Shown one piece after another: positions 1 to 8,690 of a DNA stretch of 64,000 bases. Each line of letters opens with the position of its first letter. Position 1 is the first letter of the stretch. The DNA is taken from assembly GCA_965207885.1 (NCBI GenBank), contig OZ242311.1, positions 1,152,001-1,216,000 of the forward strand, read 5' to 3'. The notes under the pieces are model-generated. The model saw only the letters and a list, made by a program, of their open reading frames with translations. It was not told the origin of the DNA and ran no database searches. The position numbers and the translations under genes were made by a program. The stretch is from Candidatus Latescibacterota bacterium (lineage in GTDB: Bacteria > Latescibacterota > UBA2968).

Positions 1-474
1 CCTTATCTGGATTTCAAAATGCGTGAGGTCTGTGCGAATAAGAAACCAGATTTAATGCTTGTCGGGGCACAGTCGGGAAGTATCCCCTATGATGTCCATG
101 AGCCGGGAAATCATACGCTTTCAACCCTTGCTTTTATGCTGGGGACAAAACCCGATGCCAACGTATTGGTCGTGAATAGTGTTGATGATGGCGAGTATAT
201 ACGCGATACCATGAACACGCTTAAGGCAATTACCAAAGGTCCCGTGTTATGCCTTGCAATGAGTGATAAAGAAAAACACATTCGGGCAACTTATGGCCGA
301 ACACTGATTAGTCCACGTCAAATGTCAAAAGAAGAAATCAAAGAGAAATTGGCATATTTGGAGGATAGATTTGAGATTCCAGCTATAGAGATTGTGTCAG
401 AGGAGGGGCAACAGAGGATGGTTGACCTCATTATAAGCTACTTTGCAGATGGGCAACAAGGAGGGGATGTATGA
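1..474 (+). CDS. DUF1611-like protein, C-terminal part (5' end outside window)
   Basis: Frame is open from base 1. Motifs PDLMLVGAQSG and FMLGTKPDANVLVVN resemble the DUF1611 C-terminal region. Confidence 0.55.
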   Translation, partial: PYLDFKMREVCANKKPDLMLVGAQSGSIPYDVHEPGNHTLSTLAFMLGTKPDANVLVVNSVDDGEYIRDTMNTLKAITKGPVLCLAMSDKEKHIRATYGRTLISPRQMSKEEIKEKLAYLEDRFEIPAIEIVSEEGQQRMVDLIISYFADGQQGGDV

Positions 475-740
475 ATGATGATCTAAAGATACAGATAAAA
501 CAGACGATTGTGCGTGCGTTAAACCTTGAAATTGATCCCGAAGAGATAGGAGATTCAGACGTACTTTTTGGTGGAGAAATGGGTCTCAATTCAATGGCAA
601 TGGTAGAACTCGTCGTGGGCATAGAAGATGAATTTGGTTTTGCAATTTCTGATGAAGACCTGAGTGCCGAAGTTTTTAAAAGTGTGCAGACGATTGAAGA
701 TTATATCCGGTCTGTGCGTGAGTGCGTTTTGACTGCCTGA
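471..740 (+). CDS. Acyl carrier protein
   Basis: 89 aa, acidic. GLNSMAMVELVVGIEDEFG matches the phosphopantetheine attachment motif (NS instead of DS). ATGA overlap with the upstream gene. Confidence 0.85.
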   Translation: MNDDLKIQIKQTIVRALNLEIDPEEIGDSDVLFGGEMGLNSMAMVELVVGIEDEFGFAISDEDLSAEVFKSVQTIEDYIRSVRECVLTA

Positions 741-742
741 AA

Positions 743-1762
743 ATGAAAAAATCGCTTCCCATCCAGGTATCTCCACCCATACACGGTTATCCCCGCCATG
801 GCTACCGACTTTCGATTATGTCGCTTCAGGATGATTATATTCCCTGGTTCTTCTGCAATTACATACAGCTATTCGCCGTTGATCTGTTAAATGAGAGCAA
901 ACACAACATCCGATTCAACTTCTATTTTCAGGGTCCATACTCCCCACCGTGGCTGTCTATCTACACCGTTCCGAGGCGATCAATCGTCAGAGTATATAAC
1001 CAGATTGTGCCGTTTATTCGAGATCAGATTGATGAGGGCTTCTATGTCCAGTTGATGGCCGATGAGTATTTCCTGCCGCATACGCCATTTTATGAGAAGA
1101 TACATCATCCACATGCTATTATGGTATTCGGATACGATGACGATACAGAAACGCTTGAGACTCTGGGATTCAATAGAGCGCGGGACTACTCTGTTTCCAG
1201 GGTTGGGTATTCAGATTTTGAAGCGGCGTTTCGCTGGATAGATCCCGAGAAACGCAGATCGTACCGGATAGATCTTTTTGAGTATAATGAAGATGGTGTC
1301 TATGAGTTTGATATTGACGCTGTCATTGACCAGTTGCGGTCCTACATCCATTCTGAGAATCCATCTGTCCACTACCGGACGTTGCGCAAGCCAGTTGAAG
1401 GCGTCTTTGGGATAGCGACGTATAAGCTCTTGCGAGATTACTTTACGCATTTGTTTGTTCATCCCCGGTTGTGGGATCGGCGGCATCTGTTCACGCTTTG
1501 GGAGCACAAGTGCTGTATGTTAAACAGGCTTGCTTATCTGGAGGAGCGCGGATATTTGCGTCCGTCAGACCAGTTTCATCAGGCGTACAGGGAGGTTGAA
1601 CATAAGGCGCATCAAATTCATCTGATGATGCTTAAATTGCGAGCGTTAGTGGAGATCAAGAGAGCGTGGGATATAGATCGTATTCTGAAGATTATCAACT
1701 TGTTAGATGATATTTCTCACAGCGAAGAGCGCATTTTGAAGGATGTTTTAAAGGCACTTTGA
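743..1762 (+). CDS. BtrH-like (papain/NlpC-P60-fold) protein of biosynthetic clusters
   Basis: DEYFLP...HHPHAIMVFGYDD motif and C-terminal LWEHK. ATG at 743 lies 2 nt after the ACP stop. Confidence 0.55.
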   Translation: MKKSLPIQVSPPIHGYPRHGYRLSIMSLQDDYIPWFFCNYIQLFAVDLLNESKHNIRFNFYFQGPYSPPWLSIYTVPRRSIVRVYNQIVPFIRDQIDEGFYVQLMADEYFLPHTPFYEKIHHPHAIMVFGYDDDTETLETLGFNRARDYSVSRVGYSDFEAAFRWIDPEKRRSYRIDLFEYNEDGVYEFDIDAVIDQLRSYIHSENPSVHYRTLRKPVEGVFGIATYKLLRDYFTHLFVHPRLWDRRHLFTLWEHKCCMLNRLAYLEERGYLRPSDQFHQAYREVEHKAHQIHLMMLKLRALVEIKRAWDIDRILKIINLLDDISHSEERILKDVLKAL

Positions 1763-1892
1763 AGTGGTGTACACGCGACAGCAATGCATATGATGAATAT
1801 TTCTGAACCGCTTTATAGAATACGTTAAAAAAAGCCGACGCACACCATCTTGGGGTGATGGGGGGCGCTGGTTCCTCCGGCCATAATAAGAC

Positions 1893-1928
1893 AGGGGTTA
1901 TGCTTTTATTGCATAACCCCTTTTTTTG
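1893..1928 (+). terminator. Rho-independent terminator
   Basis: AGGGGTTATGC-loop-GCATAACCCCT followed by a T run. Confidence 0.85.
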
Positions 1929-1992
1929 TGCGGCGAAATAGCCTATCTTGAACAGTGTGGTGGGATAGGTCTCAAATCTTTCAGGAGGCACT

Positions 1993-2694
1993 ATGGACAA
2001 GCAGAAAATTCTGATTGTAGATCACGACCTGCTTGTAATCTCAGAGCTTGCAGGATTCTTGTGGGATGAACCCTATGAAATATGCCTGGCGGGATATGGG
2101 GTAGAAGGTCTTGAAATTTTAAGACAAGAGGAGATTGCTCTTGCTGTTGTTGAGCTACATGTAGAGGGTATAGATGGTATAACGCTATTGAAGCATGTGA
2201 AGGAGGAAAAAATTTAGACAGCTGTGCTGATCATGACAAGTTTGCGATCTGCAGAATTGGGCGAACAACTGATCAAGGCTGGCGCTGCAAGTGTATTTGA
2301 CAAACCAATAGAGAGAGATGTTTTTTTAACACAGGTCAAAAGATATATGCCTCCACGAGATATGTGGAAGACCAGGTTTGAAGTATTTTTGGAGGAGTAT
2401 TACAGCAATCCAGATCTAAAATTTGAAGACGTCATGCGCTATTTCCGGTTTTCTAAGTCGCATGGTTACGCATTGTTCAAAAAACATTTGGGCAAGACCT
2501 TCCGTGAATCATTGAGAAAGGTTAGAATTGAAAAGGCAAAATTATTGATTGAAGAAACGCCATTGCCAATTTTTGAAATTGCAGCACACTGTGGTTTTCG
2601 TTCATCATCGCGTTTAAACGAAGCTTTTAAGAGATTATATGGCATGTCTCCTCGTGCTTATCGGCAAAAAGAGGACATACGCGTAAGAAATTAG
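1993..2694 (+). pseudogene. Receiver + AraC HTH response regulator interrupted by an in-frame TAG (2215-2217)
   Basis: ORFs 1993-2217 and 2224-2694 share a frame (EEKI*TAVLIMTS) and together form one REC domain plus an AraC HTH (IAAHCGF...FKRLYGMSP). Confidence 0.8.
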
Positions 2695-2747
2695 ACATAT
2701 AATGCAAAAAAGTGGACATACGCGTAAGAAATCAGACGTACGCGTAA
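2674..2747 (+). repeat. Four direct repeats GAC(A/G)TACGCGTAA with 20-21 bp period, candidate AraC operator array
   Basis: Copies start at 2674, 2694 (degenerate), 2715 and 2735. Confidence 0.75.
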
Positions 2748-2757
2748 TTTTTTGCTG

Positions 2758-2785
2758 TTGAAATTGTAGTCAATTGTGTTATTAT
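2758..2785 (+). promoter_or_regulatory. Sigma70-type promoter candidate
   Basis: TTGAAA (2758-2763), 16 nt spacer, extended -10 TGnTATTAT (2777-2785), directly after the repeats. Confidence 0.5.
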
Positions 2786-2823
2786 TTGGAAACGTGTGAA
2801 TAAAAACTCAGGAAAAGCTCAAC

Positions 2824-2900
2824 GGCTGCGGGTTGTTTTTCTGGATCCTACCAGAAAATTAGGGACCGGTCCTCCCTTCCCGCAGCCTATTTTATTTTTA
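2824..2900. other. Branched hairpin (candidate sRNA or terminator of the convergent gene)
   Basis: Outer stem GGCTGCGGG/CCCGCAGCC, inner stem TTTTCTGG/CCAGAAAA, GGACCGGTCC palindrome, then a T-rich tail. Confidence 0.5.
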
Positions 2901-2904
2901 TTAT

Positions 2905-5451
2905 CTATGGATTGAAGACCTCAAATTTACCATTTCTGACGATCAGGATAATCGGGTTGTAAATCGCGTCTCCATTGGCGTCAAAGGAGAATTTGCCTAA
3001 AATTGTGTCCAGGTTTGTGATATGCGCCAGTGCATCTCGAATCGACTCTGAATCAGTTGATGGGGCAGCGGCGATGGCGTGTGCGAGGATATAGGCAGTG
3101 GCATACGCTTGTGCGACGAATTCGTCTGGTTCGGAGTTGTATTTCATTGTGTAATTTTCGACAAAGGCGCGATTTTCAGGTGTGTCAGACATGCTGCTCC
3201 AGGCGGTAATACTGATCGCTCCTTCGGCAGCGGCACCCGCGCGCTGTACATTGCCTGTGGTTAAAGATGTCGTGATAAAGTGAATTTCGGCGGGGATGCC
3301 GATTTGTCGAGTCTGGATCAGAACGGCTTCCTTTTCCACGGGTAAAGCGGAGAGGAAGATGGCGTCTGGATTCGATTCTTTTATTCGGGTTAATTGTTCC
3401 GAGAAGTCGGTGTCACCGGTTTGGAAAGTTTCTGAGATGATCACTTCGACACCATTTTTCTGAAGTGCTTGCAGGATCGCCTCGTTGCTGCTCCGGGAGA
3501 AGACATCATCGCTTTGATATATGGCAGCGACTCTCTGATAGCCGAGTTTCTCATGTGTGGTATTAACACCAACGGGCACGAAACGATCTACGGTAATAAT
3601 CGTGCGAAAGACAAAATCGCCTATTTCGCCGAGGCCATGGGCGGCAGAGGCTGGGCTGATCGCTACGACTTGATTTTGCTGGGCGATGGGAAAAGCTTCT
3701 CTGGTTATCGTTGAGGATAGCGGACCGATGATGACGGATACGCCGTCGCGATGAATCAGTTTGTTATAGGCTTCTATTGCGCCTTCTATGGTGCTGCGAT
3801 TGTCTTCGACTATGGGTTTGAGTATCATATCGCCGAGTAGCGGCGAATGGTTAATCTCTGCGAATGCGAGTTGGAGTCCGTTATTTACTACCGGGCCAAG
3901 GGAAGAGAGATAGCCGGTCAGAGGCAGGACCACGCCAAGGGGTATTTCTTTTTTTTGCGGTGACGAGCTAAAGACTTCGAGTCTGCCATTTCTGACGATC
4001 AGTACAACCGGGTTGTAAATCCCATCTCCATTGGCGTCAAAAGAGAATTTGCCCAGGATTGTGTCCAGATCTCTGGTTTTTGCCAGGGCGTCTCGGATGG
4101 CTCTTGAGTCAGTTGATTGGGCATTGGCGATGGCATTTGCTAGGATATGGACGGTGGCATAGGATTGTGCGGTGAATGCGCTGGGTTCAACGCCGGCTCT
4201 CATCGTGTAATTTTCGACGAAGGCGCGATTTCCCGGCGTGTCAGCCGTGCTGGTCCATGCGGTAAAACTAATCGCTCCTTCGGCGGCAGCACCTGCGCGT
4301 TCTATTTCGCCTGGGGTCAGGGTTTGTGTGATGAAGTGAACTTCGGGGGGAATACCGATTTGCCGCGTCTGGATCATAATGTCATTCGCTTCTGTTATCG
4401 GTAGCGCAGAGAGGAAGATGGCGTCTGGATTCGATTCTTTTATTCGGGTTAATTGATCTGAAAAGTCGGTCTGTCCAACCTGGAAGGACTCTGTGATCAG
4501 AACTTCGACGCCGTTTTGAAGGAGTGTTTCTTTGATTATTGCGTCGCTATTTTGGGCAAAGACGTCGCCAGCCTGGAATATTGTGGCTACTTTTTGATAG
4601 CCGAGTTGCTCATGCGTGGCCGTGACGCCGCCGGGTATAAGCCAGTTGACCGTGAGACTGGTGCGGAAGAGAAAATCGCCCATTGCGCTAAGGCCAGGGG
4701 AGGCGGAGGTTGGACTAATCGCCACGACCTGATTTTGTTGGGCAATGGGAAAAGCTTCTTTGGCATCACTTGAGGTGAATGGACCGATGATGACGGATAC
4801 GCCATCGCGATGAATCAGTTTGTTATAAGCTTCAACAGAGCCTTCCGGGGTGCTGCGGTTGTCTTCTATGATGAATTTTATTTTTGACCCGTCGAGTAGC
4901 GATGAACGGTTGATTTCTTCGCGCGCGAGTTCAAAGGCAGCTTGAAGTAATGGACCACCTGCACCGAGTTGGCCCGTCATAGGCATGACGATGCCAATGG
5001 TAATTTCTGCGGGGAGACCTTCTAATGTCAGTTGTGCTTTCTCGCCGATGGGCAAGTTGAGCCGTACTTTGTCGCCTTGGTTAATTGGAATGCTGGACCA
5101 GGATCCGATCTCAATTCCGTCCTGTGAGGCGCGCGCTTGATAATACCCATTGCCCGCTGTGATCTCTATCCGCGTTTGACCGTTCTCATCGGTCGTATTT
5201 GACCACTGATAATCCGGTTTTTGTCCCGCAATAGAACGCGCAAATTCTACTTTTGCTCCGCTCACAGGTGCGTCATCCTGCTGCACAGTAGCTATGACTA
5301 CAGCGTTTTGTTGGGCAGCCATTTTGCTCAGGGGACGGCCAATTTGTTCGTCTGTCCCGATTTCTGACTGCGTTACGCGGTCACCGCCACAGTTCCATAT
5401 TATTCCTGCGGCGAGGGCTATTGCGATTATAATGCGAATATTTTGCAACAT
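2905..5451 (-). CDS. Lipoprotein with two tandem LivJ-type (branched-chain amino acid ABC) substrate-binding domains
   Basis: Signal peptide with Cys (IIWNC), an N-terminal Ig-like segment, and two similar periplasmic-binding domains. GGAG RBS before ATG 5451. Confidence 0.85.
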   Translation of the reverse strand: MLQNIRIIIAIALAAGIIWNCGGDRVTQSEIGTDEQIGRPLSKMAAQQNAVVIATVQQDDAPVSGAKVEFARSIAGQKPDYQWSNTTDENGQTRIEITAGNGYYQARASQDGIEIGSWSSIPINQGDKVRLNLPIGEKAQLTLEGLPAEITIGIVMPMTGQLGAGGPLLQAAFELAREEINRSSLLDGSKIKFIIEDNRSTPEGSVEAYNKLIHRDGVSVIIGPFTSSDAKEAFPIAQQNQVVAISPTSASPGLSAMGDFLFRTSLTVNWLIPGGVTATHEQLGYQKVATIFQAGDVFAQNSDAIIKETLLQNGVEVLITESFQVGQTDFSDQLTRIKESNPDAIFLSALPITEANDIMIQTRQIGIPPEVHFITQTLTPGEIERAGAAAEGAISFTAWTSTADTPGNRAFVENYTMRAGVEPSAFTAQSYATVHILANAIANAQSTDSRAIRDALAKTRDLDTILGKFSFDANGDGIYNPVVLIVRNGRLEVFSSSPQKKEIPLGVVLPLTGYLSSLGPVVNNGLQLAFAEINHSPLLGDMILKPIVEDNRSTIEGAIEAYNKLIHRDGVSVIIGPLSSTITREAFPIAQQNQVVAISPASAAHGLGEIGDFVFRTIITVDRFVPVGVNTTHEKLGYQRVAAIYQSDDVFSRSSNEAILQALQKNGVEVIISETFQTGDTDFSEQLTRIKESNPDAIFLSALPVEKEAVLIQTRQIGIPAEIHFITTSLTTGNVQRAGAAAEGAISITAWSSMSDTPENRAFVENYTMKYNSEPDEFVAQAYATAYILAHAIAAAPSTDSESIRDALAHITNLDTILGKFSFDANGDAIYNPIILIVRNGKFEVFNP

Positions 5452-5477
5452 GGTGGTCTCCTGAAAGCGGTATAGAG

Positions 5478-5514
5478 AAAATCCCAGAATGGGAAAAACC
5501 ATCCTGGGATTTTT
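5478..5514 (-). terminator. Hairpin terminator after the DUF5069 gene
   Basis: AAAATCCCAG...CTGGGATTTT inverted repeat. Confidence 0.55.
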
Positions 5515-5534
5515 GGTGCGAGATGGTCGGGTGT

Positions 5535-5975
5535 CTATCCCGTCAGTTGTGCGTGAAATTCTGTCCAGTCATCGAGATTGTTCAGGTTGACGGCGTCGAG
5601 AATTGTGCCGTCGTCGTCAATGCCTGCTGCACCGAGGATGGCCCCGCGGACATCATCTGCGTGGTTATAACCCTCGATTGCCGCGTTGAGTTCTGCAACG
5701 GCATTGCTGTCGAGGCTGCCGCCGCTCTGTGCGATTACCCATGCTTCGAATTCCGGATAAGAAGGTATATTTTCAGTGAGATAGGCGACGGTGGCATCGC
5801 GGTTGAGGCCCAGTCCATCGAGAACCATCTGGTCGTAACCCATGCCGCACTGGTCATATCCTTCTTCGAGGTTGCCCGTGGCGCCCAACAGGACTTTGCT
5901 CCACAGGCGAGGAAGGTGGAGTACGCCCGCTGGTCCTGCAACACCTGAACTGATGAGGGGGATTGTTCCTGCCAT
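5535..5975 (-). CDS. DUF5069-like protein
   Basis: GVLHLPRLWSK and CGMGYDQMVLDGLGL motifs; AGGAG RBS. Confidence 0.65.
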   Translation of the reverse strand: MAGTIPLISSGVAGPAGVLHLPRLWSKVLLGATGNLEEGYDQCGMGYDQMVLDGLGLNRDATVAYLTENIPSYPEFEAWVIAQSGGSLDSNAVAELNAAIEGYNHADDVRGAILGAAGIDDDGTILDAVNLNNLDDWTEFHAQLTG

Positions 5976-6067
5976 TTTTTACTCCTTTTGAATATGGTTC
6001 ATCGACCAGCACGCGAATGATTGGGGAGGTGCTGGTGCAATCTGAACCGCGTTTTGAGAATGACTTT

Positions 6068-6577
6068 TTATTTTGCCAAAACACCTTTTTGATCTTTGTT
6101 GAGTGTCCACGTATCGACTATACCGTTTGAATATGTCACGGTGAGTTGTGTGCCGATAAATTCATATTTCGTTCCGTTGTCGTGGGTGAGTGTGACGCGC
6201 GCATCGTCAGAGGAGATTTGTCCCGTGCCATTTTGGGTGGTTGTGTCATAAACTGCATCTGAGCTATCTGTTTCTACCGAGCCGATTCTGAGTTTGGATT
6301 GGTATGTAAATGCCATGTCCTGAAGATCGTATAAACGATCGATGACTCTAATGCTCTGTCTGTCGTCGGTTACGGAAAGATGCACCTTGGCCTGGGTGGG
6401 TGTGGTTGGAAACCATTCGATGAGGCCGCTGATTTGCGGGCTCTGGATGATTTCACCCTGCGCGGGTTTGCGAGATTCCAACAGCCAGGTTCCGCGGAGC
6501 TCTGCCTGGTATTTGATGTCGTCGCCACAACCAATTAATAAGGCACAAAAGACGAGTGTTATAGATGTGCGCCACAT
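6068..6577 (-). CDS. Hypothetical lipoprotein (lipocalin-like)
   Basis: Lipobox LLIGC followed by LRGTW; beta-rich. Confidence 0.6.
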   Translation of the reverse strand: MWRTSITLVFCALLIGCGDDIKYQAELRGTWLLESRKPAQGEIIQSPQISGLIEWFPTTPTQAKVHLSVTDDRQSIRVIDRLYDLQDMAFTYQSKLRIGSVETDSSDAVYDTTTQNGTGQISSDDARVTLTHDNGTKYEFIGTQLTVTYSNGIVDTWTLNKDQKGVLAK

Positions 6578-6781
6578 AAAAATCTCCTGTCAAAACATCG
6601 ATGCAAATAGAATCCGTCATTATCCCGCCGCGAACAATAAAAAGGGAATTAGTGCGTTGTCAAGGACAAACTGTTGTGTGTAATAGGTTCTCGTTCTATA
6701 TTTTGAAGTGTGATCCGCAGATGTACGCAGAAAAAACGCGAGTGATTTGAGCGTTTTACGCAGATGAACTCGGGAGAGTAT

Positions 6782-7720
6782 ATGGAAATGGAAGAGATGG
6801 CGCACAGACCAAAGCGATCTTTGAGAAGCTATTTCGGTATTGCGCTGAGGGGCGTGTGCATGGGGGCTGCCGATGTTGTGCCCGGTGTGTCGGGGGGCAC
6901 GATGGCGCTGATTACGGGAATTTATGAAGAGCTGATTCTTTCGATCCGTTCTTTTGATGCGCGATCTGCGCGGCTTCTGATTGGGTTGAGAATAAGAGCG
7001 TTGCTCGATTATGTGCGATGGCCTTTTTTGTGCGCTCTTGTCGCGGGGATTCTCGTTGCGATTTTTTCACTGTCGCGCGCGATTACTTATTTGCTGGACA
7101 ATGAGCCTGTTTTCCTGTGGTCTTTTTTCTTTGGGCTGGTGCTGGCATCTGTTTTTACGGTGGGGAGGCGTATCCCAAAGTGGAATTTGAGGATGTTTTT
7201 GGGTGCTGTTGGAGCGACGCTGGGAGCGTATTTTCTGGTCGGGTTGGTGCCGGTTGAGATGCCTCATAGCCCGCCGTATATTTTTGCTTCTGCTGTGGTT
7301 GCGATTTGCGCGATGATTTTGCCCGGTATTTCGGGGTCCTTTGTGCTGGTTTTGCTGGGGCAATATCCGTATCTTCTCAACGCGGTCAATACGCGAGATC
7401 TGTTTACAATCGCGCTTTTTTGTGCGGGTGCTGTGGTCGGACTTATGGCGTTTTCGCGCGTTTTGAACTGGTTTTTTCGGCATTATCACGATTTGACGAT
7501 TGCGCTGTTGACCGGGTTGATGCTGGGGTCGCTCAGGAAGATCTGGCCGTGGAAAGAGACGCTGGAGACGATGGTCAATGGGCACGGCGAGGTGGTGCCT
7601 CTCGTTCAGGTGAATGCGTTGCCCGAGGTTTGGTCGGGCGAGGTGATGGGGGCAATAGGACTCGCGCTTTTAGGGCTGGTGCTGGTGCTCGTTCTCGAGC
7701 GTTTGGCCAGGCACAGGTAG
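6782..7720 (+). CDS. DUF368 membrane protein (undecaprenyl-phosphate recycling family)
   Basis: MGAADVVPGVSGGT and MILPGISGS signature repeats. Confidence 0.9.
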   Translation: MEMEEMAHRPKRSLRSYFGIALRGVCMGAADVVPGVSGGTMALITGIYEELILSIRSFDARSARLLIGLRIRALLDYVRWPFLCALVAGILVAIFSLSRAITYLLDNEPVFLWSFFFGLVLASVFTVGRRIPKWNLRMFLGAVGATLGAYFLVGLVPVEMPHSPPYIFASAVVAICAMILPGISGSFVLVLLGQYPYLLNAVNTRDLFTIALFCAGAVVGLMAFSRVLNWFFRHYHDLTIALLTGLMLGSLRKIWPWKETLETMVNGHGEVVPLVQVNALPEVWSGEVMGAIGLALLGLVLVLVLERLARHR

Positions 7721-7796
7721 TTAGTTCTTGACAGGCGCGTTTTGAAAAATACATTGGTACGAGAATTTTTTTCATCCTTAAACTATCGAGGTAGAT

Positions 7797-8690
7797 ATGG
7801 CAAATTCAGATTACAAAATTGGCGTGGTTGGCGTTGGTCGAATGGGAGCGAATATTGCGCGTCATCTCAACGATGAGGGGTTTTCGGTCGAGGCGGTGTA
7901 CGATGTTCGCGCAGAGGTCGCATCAGATCTTGCCAGCGAGTTGGGTTGTGAGGCACATACGGAACTCGCGGGTGTGACGGCTGCTGCAGATTATATTATT
8001 ACGGTTGTGACAGATGACGCTGCAATGGGAGCCATTTATGCCGAGTCTGGCGATAGTCTGCTGCAGGGTGCTCAGGGCAAGGTTTTTATCAATTGCGCGA
8101 CGATTACGCCACAGATTCACGTGGATGTCGAGGGCCTTGCAGAGCAGGCGGGGGCCAATAGTCTGGAGGGGTGCATGGCCAGTAGTATTACACAGGCGCG
8201 TGAGGGTACGCTTTATTTGATGTGTGGCGGTAAGCGCGCTGTTTTTGACCAGGCGAGTCCGATTCTCGAGTCTATGAGTACAAATTTGATCTATATCGGC
8301 GAAGCGGGGCAGGCCGCGCAGGTCAAGGCGCTCGTCAATATGGTTATGAATATCAATACCGCTGGTCTGGCAGAGGGGCTGGGGTTGGGTGCCGCGCTCG
8401 GCCTGGATTTGAATATGCTCATGGAGGTGTTTTCACAAACGGGAGCAAATTCCCGCGTGCTGGAGACCGATGGGGAAGATATGGTCATCCGCGATCACGA
8501 ATGTTATTTTTCTGCCGACCATGCGGCGAAAGATTCGGGGATTGCGCTTTCACTCGCTCAGGACGTGGGTCTCAATCTTCCATTGGCAGGGGCGACAAAA
8601 GCCCAATTTGAGCTTTTGAAAGAGAAGGGCAAGGGCGATCTGGACAAATCGGGTGTTGCCGAGTTGACTTTCCCGGGGCGGGATGATTAG
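7797..8690 (+). CDS. NAD(P)-dependent 3-hydroxyisobutyrate dehydrogenase family oxidoreductase
   Basis: GVGRMG Rossmann motif and catalytic K in VKALVNM. Confidence 0.85.
   Translation: MANSDYKIGVVGVGRMGANIARHLNDEGFSVEAVYDVRAEVASDLASELGCEAHTELAGVTAAADYIITVVTDDAAMGAIYAESGDSLLQGAQGKVFINCATITPQIHVDVEGLAEQAGANSLEGCMASSITQAREGTLYLMCGGKRAVFDQASPILESMSTNLIYIGEAGQAAQVKALVNMVMNINTAGLAEGLGLGAALGLDLNMLMEVFSQTGANSRVLETDGEDMVIRDHECYFSADHAAKDSGIALSLAQDVGLNLPLAGATKAQFELLKEKGKGDLDKSGVAELTFPGRDD

Noticed and set aside
2674-2747. Repeats as a mini CRISPR array
   Set aside because: The ~20 bp period leaves no room for spacers, and there are no cas genes in the window.
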